64,000 nt of DNA from Eledone cirrhosa (lineage: Eukaryota), in NCBI GenBank assembly GCA_964016885.1, contig OZ024740.1, positions 44,392,001-44,456,000 on the forward strand, in the 5' to 3' direction. Every line of letters starts with the position of its first letter. The stretch's first letter is position 1. Of this stretch, positions 42,160-52,656 are shown in pieces. The translations under genes and the position numbers were made by a program. The notes below the pieces were generated by a model. That model ran no database searches, was not told the origin of the DNA, and saw nothing but the letters and a program-made list of their open reading frames with translations.

Positions 42160-42505
42160 GGAGGCACATGGCTTAGTGGTTAGAGCATTGGCCTTACAAT
42201 CGAAAGGTTGTGAGTTCAATTCTCAGACTGGGTGATGTGTTGTTTCATTGAGCAAGGCACTTTATTTTACATTGCTCCAGTTTACTCAGCTGTAGAAATG
42301 AGATGATAGGGACTGGGGTCCATATCATTCCACTGCAAAGTGGTCGTGGAGGTGCCACGACAAAAAAGCATCCAGCACTCACTGTAAATGAGGTTGGTGT
42401 TAGGAAGGGCATCCAGCTGTAGAAATCAAGCCAGCATCAGTTCCCGTCCCACCCTTGCAAGCAGGGAAAAAGCGGACGTAAAATGAAATGAATGAATGAA
42501 TGAAT
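42160..42505 (+). mobile_element. tRNA-derived SINE with RTE-derived 3' tail
   Basis: A-box TGGCTTAGTGGTTAGAG, B-box GAGTTCAATTC, body TTGAGCAAGGCACTTTA. The 3' end CCCGTCCCACCCTTGCAAGCAGGGAAAAAGCGGACGTAAAATGA matches the RTE end at 52604-52646, followed by an (ATGA)n tail. Confidence 0.85.
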
Positions 42506-42564
42506 ACATGCTTTTTCAAATAGACTTGATTAAAGCATCTATTAAAGACAGAAGTAGACCAGAC

Positions 42565-42660
42565 CAGACAGAAGTAAACCACATAACATGTTATGGAATA
42601 GAATATCTATTCAGACAGAAGTAAACCACATAACATGTTATGGAATAGAATATCTATTCA
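42565..42660. repeat. Perfect 47-bp tandem duplication
   Basis: CAGACAGAAGTAAACCACATAACATGTTATGGAATAGAATATCTATT at 42565-42611 and 42612-42658. Confidence 0.95.
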
Positions 42661-42725
42661 AAGCGAACAAGTTGATTTAAATACTGGTGCATAAATAATT
42701 GAAATGGTTGCTAAGCAAATATACT

Positions 42726-42765
<40 letters not shown>

Positions 42766-42842
42766 TATCCTGGGTTCAATCTGGGGTAACCACAGTAAAT
42801 AAGGTACTCAATACATTGCAAAGTATAAATATTTAATATATA

Positions 42843-42915
42843 ATATAGAAATGGCTTCTACAGGACTAGAACTGTTTCATTCGGAGTTCTAGTCCTGTAG
42901 AAGCCATTTCTATAT
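42843..42915. repeat. Perfect inverted repeat, 31-bp arms, 11-nt spacer
   Basis: ATATAGAAATGGCTTCTACAGGACTAGAACT - GTTTCATTCGG - AGTTCTAGTCCTGTAGAAGCCATTTCTATAT. Confidence 0.95.
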
Positions 42916-42926
42916 CATATATATAT

Positions 42927-43205
42927 CATCATCATCATCGATTAACACTAGATCTTCCACACTAGCATGGTTTAGACATGTCCCATTTAGAGGCAAGTTG
43001 GGTCAGGTGACTGTTTCTCACTCATATAGGGGTGTTTCTGGCTGGTTTTCTATGACTGGATACCCTTCCTAATGCCAACCACATTGACAGTGTAGGTTGG
43101 GTGCTTTTTGCCGTGTCTTTTACACGTCCAATTTACATTGTGGGCTGAGTGCTTTTTGTTGTCTTTTACACGTCCACTTTACAGTGTGGGCTGGGGGCTG
43201 GGGCA
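42927..43205 (-). mobile_element. RTE-3'UTR-related fragment with (TGA)n tail
   Basis: (CAT)n followed by CTTCCACACTAGCATGG and CTGGATACCCTTCCTAATGCCAACCACATTGACAGTG, homologous to the 3' UTRs at 47221-47530 and 57850-58040. Confidence 0.7.
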
Positions 43206-43994
43206 TACTGTATATATGCTTCAGCTTGTGCTTGTGGGAAGTTGTGTCTTCTGTATTACTACGTATCACCAGAGATCCTGTCTGCATCATGTTTATATTT
43301 AGAGCAGGTTGGTGGTTGGGTTTACGGATTTCGAGTCAGGAAATATGGATGATGTCTGAGGTAGGAATTATGGATGATGTTTTGAATCTAGTGTAGACAT
43401 TTAGTTTGTAATTAGCTTTTTTATAATGAGTGTATAAGTTACGAGTTTGGTATTCGATGGTCTTATCAACTGGGTATTATCTTTATTTTTTTTATTATTA
43501 GCTTTGTTTTCAGAGTGTACTATTTACATATAGGGACATTCAGTGATTTGATTACTTTGCATTTGTTCTGGGTGCATCTTCATTCAGATTTATGTATTTG
43601 ATGGCCATATTTGCTTATTTACACACACACATACAGAACCACACACATATATATACTGGCTCTGAAGGAAATGCACATATATTAGTGTAAATGCAATATT
43701 TTACAGGAAATATAGAAATGATTACCTCTAACAAATAGAATGACAATGTTTTATGAAGCAACTGGATATTTAAGCTGCTTATTAACTGCCATGATGAGGA
43801 TTAAATCTAAAAATAATCATATGACATGAAATAGCTTTAACTATCTTTGTTGTTGAAGGTTTGCTAATATTGAGAATGAGATGAGAAGTGGGGGAATATA
43901 TGTGTCCATAGGAACATAAATGTCTACTTCCTCTGAATGAGAGAGGTTGAGAACTATGTATTTAATGTAGAGAGTCTTCCTATGTGGTTAGAAT

Positions 43995-44171
43995 ATCTCA
44001 GGAAAGAATTGTTGGACAGATTTTATGGTCAAAGCCAACTAGGAGACCCAGAGGTAGACCACATGTAAGATGGCTGGATAACTTCCATGAACTCGGTTGA
44101 AGAAGAAGAAGAAGAAGAAGAAGAAGAAGAAGAAGAAGAAAAAGAAGAAGAAGAAGAACAAGAAGAACAAG

Positions 44172-44203
<32 letters not shown>

Positions 44204-44218
44204 AAACAACAAAAACAA
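43995..44218 (+). repeat. Short RTE-like C-terminal remnant followed by a compound (GAA)n/(CAA)n microsatellite
   Basis: Translation KPTRRPRGRPHVRWLDN fits the RTE 'R.RGRP..RW.D' motif. A GAA run from ~44098 grades into CAA. Confidence 0.6.
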
Positions 44219-44320
44219 TTACAAACATACAAGAATAATGTAGCAAAACTTAAAGGTAAAATTTCCTATTCCTCTATTCAATATAAGGTAAAATTATAAA
44301 CTGTTGTTTCACTTTTCATT

Positions 44321-45947
44321 CGGCCACTGGAGTCCAACAGGGGGACCCTTTGGGCCCCCTCTTGTTTGCCCTTGGTATAGATCACATTGCTCGGAGTATC
44401 ACGGCCTCTCTCAATGTTTGGTATCTGGATGATGCTACGTTGGGCGGGCCTGTACAGACTGTCTGCCATGACCTACAATTGGTGGTTCCTGCCCAGGAAT
44501 TGGCCTCCAGGTCAACTCGTCCAAGTTGAAGGTGGTAAATGTCATCCATGATGCTGAGAGCTTTGCAGCCTCTGTCGCGGGCATGTGGTCCATTCTCCAC
44601 CAGGTACAGATGATCCCCAAAGAGGATGTCCTCATCCTCGAGTCACCGATCCTCCACTGTCAGGTTCAGGCTCTAACAACTCCAGACCCTCACGAGTCGA
44701 CTGGGCTTGATCGATGGCCACCCAGTCCTCTTTCTGTTGAGGAACTGCTTCGCCATGCCGAAGCTCCTCTATACCCTTCGCAATGCTCCATGCTACACCC
44801 ACGCATCTCTCCTCGCTGACCTCGATACTTGTATCCGAGCAGCAGCCAAGGAGATACGCAATGTCAAGTTTGACGACATTGTATGGCAATAGGCCACTTT
44901 ACCTGCCAGGTATGGCGGCCTTGGCCTCCGGTCCCCAATCTCACTGGCTTTGCCAGCATTTCTTTCGTAGCCTCATGTCGCATCCTTGTCAGCAGGGATC
45001 TCCAAAACACAATAGAACCCTCTGTGTTCAGGGAACGTAAGGCTGCCTGTGAGATGTGGGACCGGCTGGGACTTAGCCCAGTAGACGTCCCTCCTCCTTC
45101 TCCCCCTGCTGACGTCAATTCCCCCCAAAGCATTTGGGATGCCATTCAGTGCAGCCTGGCTTCAGACAGGCTCACGCGGCAGCTCAACCAGCACCGCCTT
45201 GCCTGTTTTCGTGTGGCCTCCAAACCCCACAGTGGTGCCTGGCTCTATGCCTTGCCCTCCTTCTCCACTGGCACTCAGCTAGATAACAATAGCCTGCGCA
45301 TCAGCGGTTCCTTGAGGCTTGGCCTCCGGATCTGCGAGCCACACCAATGTCACTGTGGATCCACCATGGACTCTTTCAGCCTCCACCCTCTTTCCTGTCG
45401 CCACAGTGCCGGCCACCTTCCATGTCATGCTGCCCTCAACGACGTCATAAGGCATGGCTTGGATGCTGCAGGCTTCCCTTCCCAGGTCAAGCCGGTGGGG
45501 CTGGACTGAGGGGCCGGCAAAAGGCCAGATGGCATGACCATCTTCCCATTCCGCGGTGGAAAACACCTTGTCTGGGATGCCAATTGCACCAACACTTTCA
45601 GCAGCCGCAACCTGGTGCAGTCTGTGACTAACCCAGGTTCAACCTGGTGCAGTCTGTGACTAACCCAGGTTCTGCTGCACGTCGGCCTGAGGAGGCCAAA
45701 TTCCTCAAATACCGGTCGCTCTCCGACAGGCTTGCGGTTGTACCCTTGGCAGTGGAGACTTCTGGTGTCCTCAGCCCTAAGGCTACCTGCCTTCTCACCA
45801 CCATAGGTGCTGAGCTGGCCAGCCGCAGGTGTGAGCCCCATGAATTGGAATGGCTTTTCCAGTGCATCTCCATTGCCGTCCTCCGGGGAAACGCCTTCTC
45901 TATTCTGTCTGCCGAGGCTGTGAGATGGCCACCAATATGATTGACTG
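44321..45947 (+). mobile_element. 5'-truncated, frameshifted CRE-clade non-LTR retrotransposon (RT + Cys/His knuckle + restriction-like endonuclease)
   Basis: Motifs GVQQGDPLGP, WYLDDATLGG, LLRNCFAMPKLLYTLR, GGLGLR, SGAWLYALPS, LRLG..ICEPHQCHCG..LHPLSC..H, KRPDGMT..P...GK.LVWD, EEAKFLKY, PLAVETSG. Candidate 10-bp TSD ACTTTTCATT (44311-44320) / ACTTGTCATT (45948-45957). Internal 32-bp duplication at 45608-45671. Confidence 0.85.
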
Positions 45948-46098
45948 ACTTGTCATTTTATCAGTCAGATGTTATTAAACATGGTAAGACAATACATGTA
46001 TTAGTTTGTCATAACATTGCATATGACACTACTAATAGCATTATTAATATACTAAATTGTTACATTGAGTAGTTTTGTATAGTCATCAAATACTTTAC

Positions 46099-46398
46099 CT
46101 ATTTCCCTGTATAAATTTGCTGGCAGTGAAGGTTCACTAGCACCAAATTCATTGGCTGCCTTCACTCTGAACATGTAATCTTGCTCTGAATTAAGATCTG
46201 TTATATTATGAGTTGTCTCTGTTAACTCCGAAGCAATAGGATTCCATTGAAGTGCTGGTGGTTCACGAACTTCAATAATATAGGTTATGAGGCAGTTTTT
46301 TGCATAAGAGGGAACACGAGCTGGTTTCCATGTCAAGGTAAGAGTGGTTCCAGATTCTTCTGTAATTTTTGGACGTCCTTTCGGGGCCCTGGGTGGAC
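46099..46398 (-). CDS. 300-bp internal coding exon encoding one fibronectin type III domain (titin/obscurin/twitchin-like protein)
   Basis: Acceptor TATTTAAG|GT at 46399/46398 and donor G|GTAAAGT at 46099/46098; phase 1-1. Encodes PPRAPKGRPKITEESGTTLTLTWKPARVPSYAKNCLITYIIEVREPPALQWNPIASELTETTHNITDLNSEQDYMFRVKAANEFGASEPSLPANLYREI, with the Fn3 hallmarks L.W, Y.IE, W, L, Y.FRV.A.N..G.SEPS. Confidence 0.92.
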
Positions 46399-47195
46399 CT
46401 TAAATAAATAGAAAATACAGAAATATAAAAATTTTCCAAAGTTGATTTTTGAAATAAATTTTTAAAAACAAAGAAATTATGGAAGTCTTAATTTCATTCA
46501 AATTTGTAAAGGGATGGTGGTTATCAAAATTGTTAAAATATGAAAAAGAAAGCAATTTTAAGAGGGTTTTTTTTAAACTTTTGTCCCAATCACTTCTTCT
46601 GGGAAGGTGTCATGGGGAACTAAAGCTGGTGTGCAACAAGGAAATAGGCCTGCAATAGAGTCATGTAGAGTGTGGAGCCTATCATTCCACTTTTTGTGTC
46701 ATCGTTCCCTGGTTCTGAAGCCTCAGTAGTTGGTATTATAGGCTGGCTGACCAAATGACATTCTTATCAAGTGACCAAAACATTTTACTCATTGCTGAGC
46801 CAAGAGCCAGGTGATTGGTATGGCACTAACCAACTACCTTTAGTTCTTGTCTAGTCTCTTCTGGTTTTGCCAGTAATTCACCAGAGACAGCTCAGGGGAT
46901 AACCATTCTAAAGATAAGAACTAAGAAGACTTTGTAACTTTTTAATATTTGCCTACTACCTTCATGTATATCTTCTTTCTTAAATACAAATAATTTGTTT
47001 ATCCAATTATTATCTGCTGTTCCTTAACCCTTTGTCAGTCTGCCTATGACTAATTCATTTTTATCAAATAGTGTATTTAGGCACACATTATCCAAAGTGT
47101 CCCTCTAATTTTAAGAAGACAAGGTGTGATTTGAGAGGGGTTTGGCTACTATTTCTAGCAGGCTGAGCAACTTTATAGAGGTTACCTTGTTAGCT

Positions 47196-50100
47196 CATCA
47201 TCATCATCATCATCATCATCAGGTTTAGCGTCCGTGTTCCACGCTTGCATGGGTTTGGACGGGGGTTTTCCCACTTGAGGCAAGAGTGGTTGTCTTGCTC
47301 GCATAGGACTGTCTAGCGGGTTTTCTACAGTTGGATGCCCTTCCTAACACCAACCACATTTACAGTGTGGGGCTGGGAGGTTTTTACCGTGTTGCCTACA
47401 CGGCCACATTACAGCGTGGACTGTCTGGCGGGTTTTCTACAGCTGGATGCCCTTCCTAACACCAACCACATTTACAGTGTGGGGCTGGGAGGTTTTTACC
47501 GTGTTGCCTACACGGCCACATTTACAGCGTGGACTGTGTGTTTTTTGTCGTGACACCTACACGATCTCATTTGTTTCGGCCTGGATGTTGTGGGACCAAC
47601 ATAACTTTACATTGAAAGGGGCGGTGTGGGTGGGGTGGAGGTGGTGGGACGGGGGTGTGTTTTGATAGAGATGCCTACTGACTGTAGTAGGTTTTTACTC
47701 TGTATTTAGGTAAGGCGGGTCTTCTCTATTACTGAGTACCGCCAAAGGTCTCGGTCCAGTGACATTGTCTTGGAGAGGTGTAAGCGTGTGAGGTCGGAAT
47801 TTATCAGCTCGTCCCATGTTTTTCTGGGTCTGCCTACTCCGTGGCTACCGTCTATCTTTATTGCCCTGCACTTTGTTATACAGCTGTCGTCTTTCATGCG
47901 CATCACGTGACCGTACCAACGTAGCCTTCTCTCAAGTAAACAACATTTTGATTCTAGACCGTGCTTCCACGTTTGGAATTTCTTCTCTAGTTCGGTCATT
48001 GATTCAGCTATGAGCGTTAGATCATCTGCGTATAGGAGTTCCCATGGGCAGCCGGTCTTGAACTCCTCTGTTATAGCCTGAAGGGCAATAATAAATAGTA
48101 GGGGGCTAAGAACAGAGCCCTGATGGACACCAACTTTTACGCTAAACTCTTCACTATATTCGTTGTTAATTCTAACCTTACTGACTGTTTCTTTATACAT
48201 GGCTTGTATAGCTCTCACAAGCCATTCGTCAACACCTAGTTTTCTAAGAGACCACCAGATAATGGAACGGGGGACTCTGTCGAAGGCTTTCTCCAAGTCG
48301 ACGAAAGCTAAGTATAGGGGTTTACTTTTAGCTAGGTACTTCTCCTGTAGTTGTCGTACAATGAAAAGAGCGTCTGTGGTACTTTTGCTGACACAAACCC
48401 GAACTGCATTTCATCTAGATCAATTCTCTCTCTGATTAGTTGCGCTATTACTTTTTCCGTGACCTTCATGACCTGGTCGATTAATTTAATGCCTCTATAG
48501 TTACTCCTATCTAGGGCATCTCCTTTTCCCTTATAGCAGTTAACGATGATGCTGCTACGCCATTCCTTCGGAACAACCCCATTCTGTACGACTTGGTTAA
48601 CTATCCGGGTGACCATGGTGTGTCCCACCGAACCAGATGCCTTCAGCATCTCAGCAACTATTTCCGAAGGCCCAGCCGCCTTACCCGTCTTCATATCTTT
48701 GATTGCCTTACTTATTATACTACCTTCAACTAACACTGCTGGTCCCTCTATTGGATCGATCTGGGGGAGACTGTCTTTCTCCCATTTGTTCTCCTCATTT
48801 AGAAGCCTTTCGTAGTGACACTTCCAAGCTACCTTCTTATCAGCGTCGGTGATGGCAAGTATGCCATCATCGTTAAGTACACACTTCTCCCCGACAATAT
48901 CACGGTTTTCCTTGACACATTGCCTAGCAATCCTGAACACCTCACGTTTTTGGTCCTCACGTTGTAGAACATGCTTGAACTTTCTTTCCTCTGCTTCCCT
49001 TCTTGCGAAGTACACTTGTCTCCTAGCTTCCCTCCTGGCCACTTGATAGTCTTCTCTACTTCCCCCATACTTTCCAAGCCTGCTTTTTGGCCTTAATTGA
49101 CTCCTCCACCTTACTGTTCCACCACCATGTTACTCTCCTCCTACCTACAGGCCTGCTCCAGCCACAGACTTCGTCTGCCGCCGTCAGCAGGTTTGCTCTC
49201 AGGAATTCCCACTGTTCCTCTATATTATACGACTCTAATTGCTCTTCCTTACTGTTGAAAGCGTCAAGTAATATGCTTTGAAATTTATTTCTGGCTATGG
49301 GGTCCTTTAGCTTCCATATTTTTCTCCTGAGGATAGTCCTCTTCCGCTGTCTAGTACGTCTCGTCCTGACTATGAGGTCGCTAATTATCAGTCTATGTTG
49401 GGAGGTGAATTCTTCATGGGGGTGGGATTTAGTGTTAACAACAGACACTCTGTCACGTCTTCTGGTAAGGATATAATCTACCTGGCTTGTGTGTTCCCCC
49501 GATCTATAGGTGATCAAGTGATTGTCTCGTTTTTTGAAGTTAGTGTTACAGATAGTTAAGTTATTTGCGTCGCAGAATTCCAGGATTCTGGAGCCTTCCT
49601 CATTTCTAGTACCGAACCCATAGCCTCCATGGATTCCGTCATAGCCGTCACAATGTTGTCCAACGTGACCATTTAGGTCGCCTGCAATAACTATATAGTC
49701 ACTGTCGGTTATTTGGGAGGTAGCGAGCATCAGTGTCTCGTAGAATCTGTCTTTTATAGCGCGGGGCAGTCCGGATTGGGGTGCGTACGCAGATATTACT
49801 GTCACCGTAGTTTTATTGAGGACAAGTCTTATTATAATTATTCTGTCGTTCACTCTATTTACGTCTATTATCTTATCTGCCCACTTTTCTGCTACCATGA
49901 TTCCTACCCCACCCAACCCATTGTCATTTCCCACCCAGAAAAGCTTATAGCATCGTTCTTTACCCACGATGAATCTAGCCGACCCTCCCCTCCACCTGGT
50001 CTCTTGAATACAACAAACATCGACTTCCTTACGTTCAAGCATTTCTACAACCTCGTTAGAGCGACCCTTTAAGGTGCCTACATTCATGGTACCAACTCTG

Positions 50101-50455
50101 AAGTTTTGGATTGCGTTTGGAGGGTGGGAGCGGTGGGGCGCGGGGGGGGGGGGGGGATGGGGTTATGTTAGCCATCCTGGGCCGAAACAAGGAGGAGTGC
50201 TTGCATTCTCGTCCACGAGGTGAATTTGGCTTTATCTTTGGCATTGTCGCTGAGCGTCCACATTTTTCTCTCTTCAACTCTCCAGAATTCCGTAGTCCAT
50301 CCATCATATCGAAAAGCAACCAGTTAAGCGATAGTATGGGCCTCTGACTTATGATTGGTCCACGTAATAATGGTGGTGCGTGGGGGCGGGAGGGAGGGAT
50401 GATGGGTTGTTAACGAGAATGTAAGGTTTAAGATAAGATCGCCGTATTTTGGGCA
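47196..50455 (-). mobile_element. Near-full-length RTE-clade LINE (APE endonuclease + RT), frameshifted and internally deleted
   Basis: APE motifs NVGTL, CIQETRW, SAYAPQ, GDLNGH, QVDYIL, SQHRL. RT motifs YKGKGD..NYRGIKL, EKAFDRV, GVHQGSVLSPLLF, LYADD; C-terminal RRLRWYGHV and GRPRKTW. (TGA)n tail at 47196-47220; 112-bp tandem duplication in the 3' UTR at 47306-47530. Confidence 0.95.
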
Positions 50456-50534
50456 TAATTTAATTTAATTATACTACCTCTAGTGGTAATCTTGATCTTC
50501 TATTCGAATACCATTCACTTCCAGGATGCACAGA

Positions 50535-50696
50535 AGGAATATAAATCCAATCCAGCACATAACTGGTAATTTATTTTACACATCTCTAGATGGAAGAAAT
50601 GGAAAGTTGACCCTGATGGGATTTTGCTTCAGAACATAAAGAGTCATAACTAGATGTATTGGGTCTGAAACACTATTGGTTCTGCCAATCAACCAT
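50535..50696 (-). mobile_element. Old decayed SINE related to the 28220-28402 element
   Basis: ACTGGTAATTTATTTT...GGAAAGTTGACCCTGATGGGATTTTGCTTCAGAAC...CTGCCAATCAACC aligns by eye with ACTGGTACTTTCTTTT...GCAAAGTCAACCTCGGCGGGATTTGAACTCAGA...CTGCCAATCCACC. Confidence 0.55.
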
Positions 50697-50780
50697 AACT
50701 GACAGTAAGTTCTCAGCAGACTGAATCTGTAATCCAGTTTTAATTCTCAGCTGTAACAACTTCAATCATGCATAGCTTAA

Positions 50781-51022
50781 CTCTTTCCTGACCATATTTC
50801 TAAGAAAATACATTGTCCATATATTATAATTGATTTTTATAATAATCAAGAATTTGTAGTGATATAATAAAAGAACTATTTTTCCTATTATGAAACTGCT
50901 ATTTAGAAAATAACATAACAAAATTTTTAGGGTAGATTTGAATTTAAATTTAAAAAAAATTTAAATAAGCAGTTTGGTATGATAGAATCAGGGCAGTTTC
51001 AGATGGCTTGGTATCAAAAGGG
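50781..51022. mobile_element. Decayed TTAA-type (piggyBac-like) MITE
   Basis: Left end TTAA|CTCTTTCCTGACCA, right end TGGTATCAAAAGGG|TT, with an AT-rich interior. Homologous to 40515-40748. Confidence 0.5.
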
Positions 51023-51212
51023 TTTTTCCATAGAATCTTAAAAAATCTTTGTAGGAAATTTAAAATCAATAGAAAAAAATGTTTGTCAGCATCTGTCAAT
51101 TGAGGCAAACTAACAATCAGATATTTCATAAAAGATAATTCTGAAAGTATAAAATCAGATATTCCCCCAAAACATCAGTATGCTATAATATAATCTTTTA
51201 TTGTCATGTATG

Positions 51213-51950
51213 AAGACACGTGGTTAGTGTGTTTTATTTACAATTGTGAGGGTGTGAGTTTGATTCCCAGGAACACATTGTGTCCTTGAGCAAGACTCTT
51301 TATCGCATGTTGCTCCAGACCTCTCAGTTGGTAGAAATGAGTTGTACCTGTAAGTCAAAGAAACTGCCTTGTCATCCACACACTGTGTCATGCTGAATCT
51401 CCTTGGAAACTACATTAACACTTAACTGTCTGTAATGATTTAGCAAAAAATATCTAAAAATGTGTTTATTTATTCAAATATTTTCATTATCGTTGCTAGT
51501 GGAAAATAATTGGGAAAATTTGCATTATTAGAATAAGTTTCAATTTTTAAGGTGGTGTGGTCATACTAATATTTTTATACTTTTCAAGAATGTCTTCTTA
51601 ACTCTTTAGCATTTAAACCAACTTTATCTGGCCAGAATTCTTTCACTTCTTTCTGTACTAACTGACTGTAACAAGCCATTATACTGATGTTAAGATATTA
51701 TTCTCAAAATAAATAATATCCAAATCTCATAGATTTGATATTATAAGATAATTATGTGATGTAAAGTCTTTACTACAAAAATATGATAGTATATAGAGTA
51801 ATGTAAATGCTAAAGGGTTAATGCAGTTACATGTGCTAAAGAATGTTAAGAGTTAAGGATACATGTTTCTGTGGAATGCTCAGCTACTTGCACTTTTAAT
51901 GAGTGGGCTGTGACATTGATCAAACAACTGGAACACTCGTCATCAGAATT
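51213..51950 (+). mobile_element. Decayed tRNA-derived SINE split by nested TTAA MITEs
   Basis: Head GTGGTTAGTGTG...GAGTTTGATTCC...TGTGTCCTTGAGCAAGAC is similar to the 42160 SINE. The body stops at TACA-TTAA (51418) and appears to resume at TTAA-GGATAC (51853). Confidence 0.6.
51602..51817. mobile_element. piggyBac-like MITE with TTAA TSD and 14-bp TIRs
   Basis: TTAA(51598-51601)-CTCTTTAGCATTTA ... TAAATGCTAAAGGG-TTAA(51818-51821). TIRs match 13/14. Confidence 0.8.
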
Positions 51951-52017
51951 GGTGGAAGAACCTACCCTCAATCACATTGTCAAGTAAGATAGTAGAAACT
52001 TTGCGAAAAATACTCAC

Positions 52018-52107
52018 TGATAAAAACTGAAGGATCAGTAAATGTAACGGAGGGTAGCAGAAGCTTTTCAACTTTATCTTCCTCCTGTAATGGTGTTGGA
52101 GTAGGAT
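52018..52107 (-). CDS. 90-bp internal coding exon (Pro/Thr/Glu-rich linker) upstream of the Fn3 exon
   Basis: Acceptor TTTAATATTCAG|AT at 52108/52107 and donor A|GTGAGTA at 52018/52017; phase 1-1. Open frame xPTPTPLQEEDKVEKLLLPSVTFTDPSVFI joins in frame (A+GT=Ser) to the exon starting at 46398. Confidence 0.72.
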
Positions 52108-52271
52108 CTGAATATTAAATAAATAATGATTAACTTTCAGTTTGCAATATTTGAATAGTCAGCAATACATATATACATACATACACATGTACACACACAC
52201 ACACGCACACACGCACGCACACACGCGCACACACACACATACACACACATACATGTGTATATATATATATA

Positions 52272-52656
52272 GGAGAGAAATGAGGCAAGCATGCTCCATT
52301 GGATGTGCAATGTCAATGTGCGTGAACGACCCAGCATGGATGTGTTGAGAGAGAAACTGTGTCTGAGAAGGATAGAATGTAGTGTACGAGAGAGGAGACT
52401 GTGGTGGTATGGAAATGTGATGCGCATGGAGGATGACCGATGGGTGAAGAAGTGCCAGGAAATGCCAGTTGAAAGAAGACGTGGTAGAGGGAGACCACAA
52501 AAAACATGGGCAGAGGTGGTGAGAACAGACCTCAGATCACTAAAGCTCACAGAGGAGATGATGAAGGACCGTGACAAGTGAAGAGATGCTGTGCTGTATA
52601 AGACCCGTCCCACCCTTGCAAGCAGGGAAAAGCGGACGTAAAATGATGATGATGAT
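52272..52656 (+). mobile_element. 5'-truncated RTE LINE 3' end, second subfamily, inserted in (TA)n
   Basis: MLHWMCNV...RERRLWWYGNVMRM...GRGRPQKTW..VVRTDL, then a short 3' UTR and (TGA)n tail. Confidence 0.88.

Noticed and set aside
42160-42235. tRNA gene
   Set aside because: It has A/B boxes but no proper acceptor stem or terminator, and continues into a SINE body and LINE-derived tail.
43998-44299. Poly-E/Q, poly-L/V and poly-C/S ORFs
   Set aside because: Translations of the (GAA)n/(CAA)n microsatellite.
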